A stretch of DNA of 32,000 bases. It comes from Ignicoccus pacificus DSM 13166. GTDB lineage: Archaea; Thermoproteota; Thermoprotei_A; Sulfolobales; Ignicoccaceae. The stretch lies in the NCBI GenBank assembly GCA_025340205.1, contig CP006868.1, forward strand, positions 1,380,001-1,412,000. Reading direction: 5' to 3'. Below the pieces are notes generated by a model. That model did not search any database, was not told the origin of the DNA, and worked only from the letters and a program-made list of their open reading frames with translations. Position numbers and translations under genes: made by a program. This document shows, one piece after another, positions 9,180 through 17,702 of this stretch (the first letter of the stretch is position 1; each line of letters starts with the position of its first letter).

Positions 9180-10193
9180 TTAGCATATTCTCGGAACGAG
9201 CTCTCCTATGGGCTTCTCCAGTATCCTCAAACCTCCCACTGGGGTCTTGGAGATCACGTAGCCGGGCCTTCCCTTCCTCACCTCTCCTATTATCGCAGCC
9301 TCCTCGAAACCGGCCTTCCTCAATACCTCCAAGGCTTCCTCTTCCCTTCCTCCCTTCACTACGAATATCGCTTGACCCTCAGAGGCTAAGGCAAAGGGCT
9401 CGACTCCGAGCATTTCGGCGTACTCCTTCACTTGGGGCCTTAGAGGGACCTTGCTCTCATCTAGGAACACCGTCGTCTTGCTCCTCTCCGCCAGCTCGTT
9501 CAAAGCCATAGCTAATCCTCCTCTCGTCGGATCTTTAGCGGACTTGAGGTCGGGGCCTAGGGCCTCCCTAAGGGCCTTCACGGCCGGCCAGACGGGTCTG
9601 ACATCGCTCTTTAGGGTCTCGACCTTTATTCCGAACTGCAAAGCTAAGATGGTCGCTCCGTGGTCCCCTACCGGGCCTGTTACCAAGATCTTATCTCCCG
9701 GCTCAGCTCTATCTAAGGTCAACAAGGGTTCCTCGGCGATTCCTATTCCGACAGTCGCTATGGTGATCTTATCCAAGCTCCCCTTGGGCATTACCTTCGT
9801 ATCCCCTCCCAACAGAGCAACGTTCATGGAGTTGAGGACGTCTGCCATCGACTTAATTATTTCCTTTAGATCCTTGAGGGGGAAGCCCTCCTCGACCGCT
9901 ATGGCATCAAACATCGCCTTGGGCTCGGCTCCCATGACTGCCACGTCGTTTAGGGAACCGGTGGCGGCGAGCTTCCCTATGTTTCCTCCAGGGAAGAAGG
10001 GAGGATTGACGGTATAGTTATCCACGGAGATCACGACGTGCTTCCCGTCCCCTATGGGGATGGTTGCGCCGTCTTCCATCTCCTCTAACCCAACCCCTCC
10101 TAAGCTCTTCAACTTGAAGAGGGGGAGAATGAACCTCTCCACGAACTCCTCCGTCTCTTTCCCTCCTGCCCCAATAGCGAGAGTGACGCTCAT
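9180..10193 (-). CDS. hypE: hydrogenase expression/formation protein HypE
   Basis: 'AVMGAEPKAMFDAIAVEEGFPLKDLKEIIKSM', 'LLGGDTKVMPKGSLDKITIATVGIG', 'KILVTGPVGDHGATILA', and the characteristic C-terminal ...PRIC with terminal cysteine. Confidence 0.9.
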   Translation of the reverse strand: MSVTLAIGAGGKETEEFVERFILPLFKLKSLGGVGLEEMEDGATIPIGDGKHVVISVDNYTVNPPFFPGGNIGKLAATGSLNDVAVMGAEPKAMFDAIAVEEGFPLKDLKEIIKSMADVLNSMNVALLGGDTKVMPKGSLDKITIATVGIGIAEEPLLTLDRAEPGDKILVTGPVGDHGATILALQFGIKVETLKSDVRPVWPAVKALREALGPDLKSAKDPTRGGLAMALNELAERSKTTVFLDESKVPLRPQVKEYAEMLGVEPFALASEGQAIFVVKGGREEEALEVLRKAGFEEAAIIGEVRKGRPGYVISKTPVGGLRILEKPIGELVPRIC

Positions 10194-10228
10194 ACAATCG
10201 CCTTTTCCTAGGCTTAAGTGAGCAAAAA

Positions 10229-11242
10229 TTACCTTTTCCTGCTCAGCCGGTCAGACTTCCTGTAGAGGAAGTACGCTAGGGGCAAGATCATGGGAATAGG
10301 GGTTATAGGAGCTCCAGCCTCGTTGGACGTCATTAGGGTAGTTATTGTTTTGAGCTCGGTCGTATTCAAGTAGTAGAAGTACAGAGTTCCATCACCAAAT
10401 CCGATAGCTAAGCCTAGGTTCCATCCAACGGACTTTATGGTCAGAGGGTAGGTGACTTGGTATAGTAACTTTCCGTCGACGTTGAGCAAGCTGAGCTTTG
10501 TAGATGCACCAACTACCAGGTAAGAACAGTTGCCCAAGAACACCACTTGTCCGTAGCTCCCTAGGTCGTTCCTTATCCAGAGCAAGGTTGGAGAGGAGCT
10601 TAGGTCGTAGAGGTAGAGCCCTCCTACCGCCTTTACCGCCAAGTACTCCCCACAAGCAGCCACGCTCCAAGGCATCTCCGGGAGCTGTATTGGTGTACCT
10701 ATCTTCTTTCCATTCAAGTCTAATATCACTACGCTAGAGCTTATCGAATCTGGTACGAATATTGCCGTTCCGTTGAAGGCCGGATTGCTCAAAACGTTAA
10801 GCCCCGTCACGTTCCACTCCGCTTGTCCTTGGTAGTTGAACATCGCACAGCCGTTGTAGCAAGCCACAAATCCTCCGGGAACTAGTACTATTCCATAGCT
10901 GTAGTCGGTGCCTATGTAAACGCTGCTGTAATTCAGTGTGGTTTCATTGAGCAAGTAGACGTAGCCGTCATAGCTCAGCAAAGCAAAGGTCCCGTTCGCA
11001 TAACTGGTGGAGGAGGCTCCTCCAGGAGGACAAATTGTGTTCAGCAACTTCCCATCCGTCTTATTCAATATATAGAAGCACCCCGAGGAGTAGGAGGAGG
11101 GGGAGGAGGAAGCGACCACCGTGAGGTTTCCAACGCTCACGGAGTTAATGGAATAGGAAGAGGGTGTCAAGTACTGCCACAGCTGCTGCAAAGGGGAAGC
11201 GATCGCTATCGCCACGAGCGCCAGTAATACCAGTATCCTCAA
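10229..11242 (-). CDS. secreted beta-propeller/PQQ-like surface protein with a short hydrophobic C-terminal tail
   Basis: Signal peptide 'MRILVLLALVAIAIASP'. Repeated 'G.LL......' strand-like blades and several N-x-S/T sequons. C-terminal 'APITPIPMILPLAYFLYRKSDRLSRKR'. Confidence 0.55.
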   Translation of the reverse strand: MRILVLLALVAIAIASPLQQLWQYLTPSSYSINSVSVGNLTVVASSSPSSYSSGCFYILNKTDGKLLNTICPPGGASSTSYANGTFALLSYDGYVYLLNETTLNYSSVYIGTDYSYGIVLVPGGFVACYNGCAMFNYQGQAEWNVTGLNVLSNPAFNGTAIFVPDSISSSVVILDLNGKKIGTPIQLPEMPWSVAACGEYLAVKAVGGLYLYDLSSSPTLLWIRNDLGSYGQVVFLGNCSYLVVGASTKLSLLNVDGKLLYQVTYPLTIKSVGWNLGLAIGFGDGTLYFYYLNTTELKTITTLMTSNEAGAPITPIPMILPLAYFLYRKSDRLSRKR

Positions 11243-11287
11243 CGCACTTCCCTATGGGATGAGGAGCGAGGGGTAATGAATGAGAGT

Positions 11288-12763
11288 CTACTGGAAGTGT
11301 CTCCTCCAAGCCTCATAGCTTTCCCTTCCGAGCCTCAAGACCTCTTCCTCGTTGCTTATCGAATACCTGAGCCACTTCGGCTCCCACTCAGGCCTCCAGT
11401 TCTCCATTTTCTTAATATTAATCACCTTTGACAGAACCTCCATCTGCTTCTCGGGTGGAAGCGAAGGATCTAAGTACCTCATTATCGGCTTCTCACTTAA
11501 GCCAATTATCGCTTGGAGCCTCGCCCACCTTATGGGATAAAGGTCCACCTCTCCTAGATCCTTGTACTTGATCATTATCTTTTCCATATCCTTTGAGGGT
11601 ATGGGAGCTATCTGAAGAGGGGTCCAAGGCTTGGGGATCAAGGGATTGACGCTTACGTGGACCTTCCCTTTAATTGCCTCCTTCAAGTTCCCTATCTCCC
11701 TCTCGCTCATCTCTCCCTTCTCCTTCGGAACGACCATCATATACATCTTTGGTTTTAATTTATATTTGTAAATTATCTCTAACTTTTCTTTCAAGAACTC
11801 CGGAGGGAACCCCTTCCCCAAGACCTCAGCCTTCTCCTTCAATGTAGTCTCTGGAGCTATAGTTAAGGTCCTCTGACCCATCCTCTTTACAGCTTTCACC
11901 AGATCCTCGTCGACGCCCTCCAACCTTATGCTCGGAATAGACCCTTGAAGCTTGTGAGTGCTCAAGACCTTCAAGTACTCCTTATGATATTTGTAATCGC
12001 TCAAACTCAACGAGATAGTTATTATTTTCTCAAAAGGCGGACCGGCGGAATCCAAGGCCTCCTTAACCTGATCGAGCTTCCTCTGACGGAAGGGCTTGCT
12101 CGTCCAGCCCTCCAAACAGAAGCGGCACTTGTGAGGACAGCCTCTGGTCACTTCAACCAAGAAGCCCTTACCCCAAGGAGGCTCTATCGAGATGGGAAGG
12201 AACTGCTGAGCGAGCATCGGGGACTCTTCTAGCTCCGCCTCAGCCTTCCTTCCCTCCCTCTCCTCGTTCACCAACCACTCCTCCTCTAAACAATCGACGC
12301 AGTCGTAATGAATCGCCTCCGCGAGCTTCGGTATCGTGGGCTCGGCGTCCCCAAGTATTACGAAGTCGATCATGTCGAGGACTGGGAGGGGGTTGGCCGT
12401 AACCGCTAGCCCGCCCGCCATAACCACTTGTCCTTCAGAACCATATTCCCTTAGCATCTGAGCGAGGTAGGCATAGTCCAATTCAAAGGATAACGATGCT
12501 ATTACGTATTTGAACCTCTTTAGGGGAGTTCCGCTCTCCAGGCTCCTTCCACACGAATCGCTTGTGAATCTCTCAACCCTTATTCCTTGGCTAACTAACA
12601 AAGCGTATACTAGCTGAAAGCCCAGGCTCTGAGAGGCTACGGAGTAGGGAGCCGGGTATACCAAGGCTACGGAAGGACCTCTCCTGGAGAGGAACCTCAT
12701 TATCGGGTTGTACTCTACCACCTTCTTATCGCAAAGTCTTATCCTAACCAAATCTCTCTTCAT
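11288..12763 (-). CDS. radical SAM protein with an N-terminal B12-binding-like domain
   Basis: 'LVEVTRGCPHKCRFCLEGW' carries the CxxxCxxC cluster motif. The upstream 'GQVVMAGGLAVTANPLPVLDMIDFVILGDAEPTIPKL' is typical of B12-binding-like N-termini of radical SAM proteins. Confidence 0.9.
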   Translation of the reverse strand: MKRDLVRIRLCDKKVVEYNPIMRFLSRRGPSVALVYPAPYSVASQSLGFQLVYALLVSQGIRVERFTSDSCGRSLESGTPLKRFKYVIASLSFELDYAYLAQMLREYGSEGQVVMAGGLAVTANPLPVLDMIDFVILGDAEPTIPKLAEAIHYDCVDCLEEEWLVNEEREGRKAEAELEESPMLAQQFLPISIEPPWGKGFLVEVTRGCPHKCRFCLEGWTSKPFRQRKLDQVKEALDSAGPPFEKIITISLSLSDYKYHKEYLKVLSTHKLQGSIPSIRLEGVDEDLVKAVKRMGQRTLTIAPETTLKEKAEVLGKGFPPEFLKEKLEIIYKYKLKPKMYMMVVPKEKGEMSEREIGNLKEAIKGKVHVSVNPLIPKPWTPLQIAPIPSKDMEKIMIKYKDLGEVDLYPIRWARLQAIIGLSEKPIMRYLDPSLPPEKQMEVLSKVINIKKMENWRPEWEPKWLRYSISNEEEVLRLGRESYEAWRRHFQ

Positions 12764-13500
12764 TCCGTCTCACCGAGGAGGGATTCGAGGATCTTGGAGA
12801 GGGCTACGGAAGCCTTCTCCCTTATCACTACATCAGCGAAGGGGGTCAAGGCGGTCTCATCCGGATTTATTTCGATGATGTAACCCCCGTTCTCTTTCGT
12901 TAATAAGGGAAGGCTCCCGGCTGGCTGAACCACAGCTGACGTTCCTATAACCAGAGCTACTTTCGCACTTGAGAACAACTCCTCGGCTTTAATTAAAGCT
13001 TCCATGGGTAAGGGCTCCCCAAACCACACCACGGCGGGCCTCATAGGAGAGCAGCACAAGGGACACTTGGGTACCCCCTTGGGGACCTCCTTCCACTTTA
13101 CCTCGAAGCCGCATCTAGTGCACTTAGCAGTCATTATGTCTCCATGGAGCTTTACTAAGCACTTGGTACAAGCCCTCTCGTGCAAGTCATCTACGTTTTG
13201 AGTTACCACGCATCTCAAGTAACCTAACCTTTCCATTTCCGCCAAGGCTAAGTGAGCTGGGTTGGGATCGGCTTTCTTTATCAAGCTTATTCTCCATTCA
13301 TACCATTCCCAGACGAGCTCCGGATCCCTCTCGAAGGCCTCCGGCGTGGCCAGCTCTTGGGGCGAGTACTTCCTCCAAAGGCCGTCCTTCCCTCTGAACG
13401 TGGGGATTCCCGAGTCGGCGCTTATCCCGGCTCCGGTAAGCGCCACGGCGTTGCCCTCACTTTTCTTAATGAGCCTCGCCACCTCCTCGTAAACTCCCAT
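12760..13500 (-). CDS. cobB: NAD-dependent protein deacylase (Sir2 family)
   Basis: 'AVALTGAGISADSGIPTFRGKDGLW', 'CVVTQNVDDLHERA', 'KLHGD', four zinc-binding cysteines (CTRC...CPLC), 'RPAVVWFGEPLP'. Confidence 0.95.
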   Translation of the reverse strand: MGVYEEVARLIKKSEGNAVALTGAGISADSGIPTFRGKDGLWRKYSPQELATPEAFERDPELVWEWYEWRISLIKKADPNPAHLALAEMERLGYLRCVVTQNVDDLHERACTKCLVKLHGDIMTAKCTRCGFEVKWKEVPKGVPKCPLCCSPMRPAVVWFGEPLPMEALIKAEELFSSAKVALVIGTSAVVQPAGSLPLLTKENGGYIIEINPDETALTPFADVVIREKASVALSKILESLLGETE

Positions 13501-13830
13501 GCTCCCACCTTCCCTAACTAGAGATTCGACACTTGTCTAAGGGGGTTTCGTACACACACCCTTAAACTTCTGTTACACTAGAGTGTCGGGGTCTTAAGAT
13601 GGCGGTAACTCTGGTAGTCTGCACTCAGGAGGAGTTCCAGGTTCCCGAGAGCGTCGAGCTCGACTTTTATCTAACTGAGGCTGCCCTCACCGGAAGGTGA
13701 TTTTTGGCTCAGAACCCGTGGACTCCTCATCTCCCTTTCGGGCCCCATAGGGGTCCTCATCGCCGTCCTTCACTTTTCAGGAGGAGTTTTTCTATGCACC
13801 CTCTCGCCTACATCAGTGCACATGTTCTTC

Positions 13831-13840
13831 AATATATATA
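13831..13840 (+). promoter_or_regulatory. putative TATA box for the 13862 gene
   Basis: AATATATATA, 22-31 nt upstream of the GTG start at 13862. Confidence 0.5.
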
Positions 13841-13861
13841 CTAGCTTCTACGAGAGCTAGA

Positions 13862-14155
13862 GTGGTGAAAAGCGTGAAGAGGGTAAGGATAAGGTTTACG
13901 AAGGCTAAGTGGCCTTCCAAGGCATTTGCTGAAATAATGAATGCCGTCGCCGAGCAATTCCCTGACTCCGAGGTGCTCTTGGTGAGAGCTGGCCAGAGCA
14001 TTCCTATATTAGATATAAACGTCTACGTGGAAGACCTAAGCGACAATCAGCTTAAGGAACTGGAGAAGAGGATTCTCAATATATTGACAGACCACGATAT
14101 AAGTCACGTTATCTATAAGAAGATGAAAGTGTTTGATGTAGAGGAGGAAAGTTAA
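13862..14155 (+). CDS. conserved hypothetical protein (97 aa)
   Basis: Has an upstream TATA element and codon usage like its neighbours. No motif recognised. Confidence 0.6.
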   Translation: MVKSVKRVRIRFTKAKWPSKAFAEIMNAVAEQFPDSEVLLVRAGQSIPILDINVYVEDLSDNQLKELEKRILNILTDHDISHVIYKKMKVFDVEEES

Positions 14156-14229
14156 ATTCTTTCCTTTAACACCGTGACTGAGATGCTTAAATACCTCAAT
14201 TCATATCTTGACAGCTTGGGGCCAGAAGG

Positions 14230-14760
14230 ATGAGCAGCACTACTAACTCTCAAGTGACCTTGAGCGAGCTCGAGAAGAAGGCGCTCAAGCTCATAATTGA
14301 GGCCGGAGAGGAGGGACTGCTCCAACAAGACCTCTGGAAGATGCTGGGAATAGACAGCAGAGACGGTTCCAGGATAGCTCTGAGGTTAGCCAAGAAGAGG
14401 TTGATCTACAGAGAGCTAGTCAACATAAGGGGAAGGAAGACCTACCGCTTAACCGCTCTGGTGGACAAGCTACCGGAAGAGGAGAAGGAGGAGGAAGAGA
14501 AGAAGACCGAGGAGGAGAAGGAAGTAAAGTACGTGAGGAAGGCGCCGAGACCTATAAGGCTGGACGTGAAGGTGAGCATGAAGCTCGTCAGCACAATACC
14601 GTGCACCACTTGCCCTCATCTAGACAAGTGCGCCGAGGGTCAGTTCTACGACCCTACCAAGTGTATGAAGCTGACCCAATGGCTGCACAAGATGGCCATC
14701 AAATTACAACAAAAGAGGCTTGCCAAGAGAGAGCTTCAAGCAGCCTCTTCGGTGGCTTAG
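14230..14760 (+). CDS. transcription factor TFE-beta-like protein (Rpc34/hRPC39 homologue: winged helix plus C-terminal cysteine cluster)
   Basis: N-terminal HTH 'EKKALKLIIEAGEEGLLQQDLWKMLGIDSRDGSRIALRLAKKRLIYREL', then an acidic/basic linker, then 'IPCTTCPHLDKCAEGQFYDPTKC', matching the crenarchaeal TFE-beta FeS cysteine arrangement. Confidence 0.75.
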   Translation: MSSTTNSQVTLSELEKKALKLIIEAGEEGLLQQDLWKMLGIDSRDGSRIALRLAKKRLIYRELVNIRGRKTYRLTALVDKLPEEEKEEEEKKTEEEKEVKYVRKAPRPIRLDVKVSMKLVSTIPCTTCPHLDKCAEGQFYDPTKCMKLTQWLHKMAIKLQQKRLAKRELQAASSVA

Positions 14761-15391
14761 GTATTTCTCCAAGGTGGTAGTGCAGCTCATAACCGCATTT
14801 TCTACACCGAGGTCCGTCCCACGCCACCAGCCTCCCCATTTCCCTTATCGCGTTGGGAGTGTTGCACTTGGGACACCTCGTGTCCTCCCTCAAGGGATAG
14901 GTATGGTTGTAGACGTAATGGAACTTCTTGCTCAACCTCTCGTACAAATGATAATCGAAGACGTGTATGGGGACCTCCGGCGAGAGGTCCTCCGGAAGCT
15001 GGGATTCCTCCCTTATGACCAGCTCCACGTGTCTTCCTTCAGGGATCTCGGCCTTCTCCTTTGGAACCAATAGCATCGCTACCTCCTCGGGAAGGTCTAT
15101 GGGTTCCACGTACCGAACGCTCACGTAGAAGCCCTTCTTGACGAGCTCTTCCGCCACTTCATAGTCCAAGGGACCGTCGAAGACCACGTGTTTTACCTTG
15201 TAAACGTCGCATTTATACATTATCTCGTCCAATGATATTAATCTCCCGCTGCCTCCCAGGAACTCCACCGGGCCCTCCGGAGGGTTCCAAGAGAGGCCCA
15301 CGTGGAGGACTACGCTCCCGGGGAGGAAGTGGTATAGGTAAAGCCGCTCGACGAACGTTAGCGTTCCAGCTACTACTCTTATAGACGTCAT
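14699..15391 (-). CDS. radical-SAM-like (AmmeMemoRadiSam/PflA-like) protein lacking the CxxxCxxC motif, with a C-terminal zinc ribbon
   Basis: C-terminus 'YHLYERLSKKFHYVYNHTYPLREDTRCPKCNTPNAIREMGRLVAWDGPRCRKCGYELHY' resembles the tail of AmmeMemoRadiSam radical SAM proteins. No CxxxCxxC is present. Confidence 0.5.
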   Translation of the reverse strand: MTSIRVVAGTLTFVERLYLYHFLPGSVVLHVGLSWNPPEGPVEFLGGSGRLISLDEIMYKCDVYKVKHVVFDGPLDYEVAEELVKKGFYVSVRYVEPIDLPEEVAMLLVPKEKAEIPEGRHVELVIREESQLPEDLSPEVPIHVFDYHLYERLSKKFHYVYNHTYPLREDTRCPKCNTPNAIREMGRLVAWDGPRCRKCGYELHYHLGEIPKPPKRLLEALSWQASFVVI

Positions 15392-15442
15392 CCCTCTCCC
15401 TATTAAAATACTGACTTCCGGTCTTTTGAAGCGGGTAGGAGT

Positions 15443-16150
15443 ATGGCAGAACAGCGTCGTCTAGTGCTTCCCGGCGAGCTCATAGCGCGCGGGGAGTACA
15501 AGCTGAACCAGAGGGATTACATGTACGTTTACGTCGAAGGGGATAAGATATACGCCGCCGTTCCGTGCGTAGTTACCATAAAGGAGAAGGAGATTCACAT
15601 AATTCCCTTGGAATCGGTCTACATACCCAAGCCCGGGGACTTAGTCATAGGATTGGTGGAGACTTTCATGCTGACCCATTGGGAGGTGGACATAAACTCA
15701 CCGTACACTGCCGTTCTCCACGCCAGCAACGTCTTGGGGAGACCCTTCATACCCTCGAAGGACAACTTGAAGGACTACTTGAGCCCCGGAGACTACGTCT
15801 TAGCTAAGATAGAGGTATTCGATAGGACTAGGGACCCGGTCCTAACGGTTAGGGGAGACAAGAAGCTCGGAAGGATCACCGAGGGCAAGATAATAGAAAT
15901 CAAGCCCTCGAGGGTGCCGAAGGTAATAGGAAGGAAGGGTTCGATGCTGAATATAATAAAGGGAGATACTGGTTGCGACATAGAAGTGGGAGCTAACGGG
16001 AGGATTTGGATAAGGTGCCCCAACAAGGACTTAGAAGACATAGTTACGCTAGCGATAAACCTAATAGAGAGGGAAGCGTTCACACCCAAGCTGGCCGAGA
16101 AGGTCAGAGTTCTTATTGCGGATGAGAAGCACGAGAGGGGACTGATATGA
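15443..16150 (+). CDS. rrp4: archaeal exosome RNA-binding subunit Rrp4 (S1 + KH)
   Basis: '[13 protein letters not shown]', S1 region '[14 protein letters not shown]...[24 protein letters not shown]', KH region '[41 protein letters not shown]'. Confidence 0.95.
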   Translation: MAEQRRLVLPGELIARGEYKLNQRDYMYVYVEGDKIYAAVPCVVTIKEKEIHIIPLESVYIPKPGDLVIGLVETFMLTHWEVDINSPYTAVLHASNVLGRPFIPSKDNLKDYLSPGDYVLAKIEVFDRTRDPVLTVRGDKKLGRITEGKIIEIKPSRVPKVIGRKGSMLNIIKGDTGCDIEVGANGRIWIRCPNKDLEDIVTLAINLIEREAFTPKLAEKVRVLIADEKHERGLI

Positions 16151-16875
16151 GCGGAGGAAAGTCGCCCGTTCCATTGTTCAAGGACGGAAAGAGACACGAC
16201 GGAAGGGGTCCGATGGACCTAAGGCCGATAGAGATGAAGGTGGGAGTGCTCAACAACGCCAACGGCTCGGCTTGGGTGAAGTTCGGGAGGACCGAGGTCA
16301 TAGCTGCAGCTTACGGACCTAGAGAGCCTCCCAAGTTCATGAGCCTCCCCGATAGAGCCTTGCTCAGATGCAGATACCACATGGCTCCCTTCAGCACAGA
16401 CGAGAGGAAGAACCCCGCCCCTTCTAGGAGGGAGATAGAGCTTTCCAAGGTGATAAGGGAAGCTTTGGAGACGGTCGTTCTAACTCACTTGTTCCCCAGA
16501 ACCGTGATAGATGTGTTCGTGGAGGTCATTCAAGCTGATGGAGGAACTAGGACCGCCGCCATCACCGCCGCCTCGCTGGCCCTAGCTGACGCCGGAATAC
16601 CCATGAAGGACCTAGTTGCAGGAATAGCTGTGGGAAAGGTAGACGGCCACCTAGTGCTCGACATAGATCAGATCGAGGACAACTACGGAGAGGCTGACAT
16701 GCCTGTGGCCGGAGCAGTTAACTTGGATAAGGTGGTACTACTACAGTTGAACGGATCTCTTACTCCTGAGGAGTTTAACAAGGCCATGTACATGGCCTGG
16801 GAGGGCATTAAGAAGGTCTATGCCCTCCAGAAGAAGGCGCTTGAGGAGAAGCTTAGAAAGGAGGTGAACTTGTGA
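16147..16875 (+). CDS. rrp41: archaeal exosome RNase PH-like subunit Rrp41
   Basis: '[46 protein letters not shown]', '[24 protein letters not shown]', '[24 protein letters not shown]'. Confidence 0.97.
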   Translation: MSGGKSPVPLFKDGKRHDGRGPMDLRPIEMKVGVLNNANGSAWVKFGRTEVIAAAYGPREPPKFMSLPDRALLRCRYHMAPFSTDERKNPAPSRREIELSKVIREALETVVLTHLFPRTVIDVFVEVIQADGGTRTAAITAASLALADAGIPMKDLVAGIAVGKVDGHLVLDIDQIEDNYGEADMPVAGAVNLDKVVLLQLNGSLTPEEFNKAMYMAWEGIKKVYALQKKALEEKLRKEVNL

Positions 16876-17702
16876 TGTCGATCACACCCTTTAACGTTCC
16901 TATAGTTCCCAAGCTGAAGAGGGAGACCATACTTTCCCTAGCAAAGAGGGGAGTGAGGATAGACAAGAGGAGGCTCGACCAGTTTAGGCCAATAAGCATC
17001 CAGCTGGGAGCTGCTGGGAAGGCACACGGAAGCGCTCTGGTAAGCATAGGAAACACCAAGGTGCTGGCCGGAGTCAAGATAGAGCCGGGAAGGCCCTTCC
17101 CAGACACTCCAGAAGAGGGGGTGCTCAACGTAAACGCCGAGCTCGTTCCCTTAGCCTCCCCTGAGTTCGAGCCCGGCCCACCGGATGAGAACGCCATCGA
17201 ATTGGCCAGGGTGGTGGACAGAGCCCTTAGAGAGAGCCACGCCATAGACATGAGCGAGCTGGTACTGATACCGGGAGAGAAGGTCTGGGTGGTCTGGGTA
17301 GACATTTACGTGCTCGATCACGACGGAAACCTCTTCGACGCCTCGATGCTGGCAGCAATGGCTGCCCTCATGGACGCAAAGATACCCAACCACCAAGTGC
17401 TAGAAGACGGAAGCGTTGAGATCTTGGGACCCGGAGTAGAGCCTCTGCCGATAAGGAAGAAGGTTGTGAGCGTAACCTTAGGAATCCTCGGGGACACCTT
17501 CATAGTGGACCCGAGCTTGGAAGAAGAAGCGGTAGCTGACGGAAAGATCTTCTTTGCCTTCGACGACAGCGGCAACATAGTGGGAATTCAGAAGAGCGGA
17601 CCTGCTTGGCTTGACTTCAAGAAGGTCAGCGTGGCAATGGAAATCGCTAGGAACCGCTACCACAACGTCCTAGCGGCCCTGAACAAGGCCTTCCAATCCT
17701 AA
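16872..17702 (+). CDS. rrp42: archaeal exosome RNase PH-like subunit Rrp42
   Basis: '[48 protein letters not shown]', '[32 protein letters not shown]'. Overlaps rrp41. Confidence 0.97.
   Translation: MMSITPFNVPIVPKLKRETILSLAKRGVRIDKRRLDQFRPISIQLGAAGKAHGSALVSIGNTKVLAGVKIEPGRPFPDTPEEGVLNVNAELVPLASPEFEPGPPDENAIELARVVDRALRESHAIDMSELVLIPGEKVWVVWVDIYVLDHDGNLFDASMLAAMAALMDAKIPNHQVLEDGSVEILGPGVEPLPIRKKVVSVTLGILGDTFIVDPSLEEEAVADGKIFFAFDDSGNIVGIQKSGPAWLDFKKVSVAMEIARNRYHNVLAALNKAFQS

Noticed and set aside
9451-10017. 188-aa plus-strand ORF opposite hypE
   Set aside because: Antisense shadow of the strongly conserved HypE coding sequence.
13813-14001. Minus-strand 62-aa ORF over the 13862 gene
   Set aside because: Antisense to a plus-strand ORF that has a well-placed TATA box. 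No independent support.
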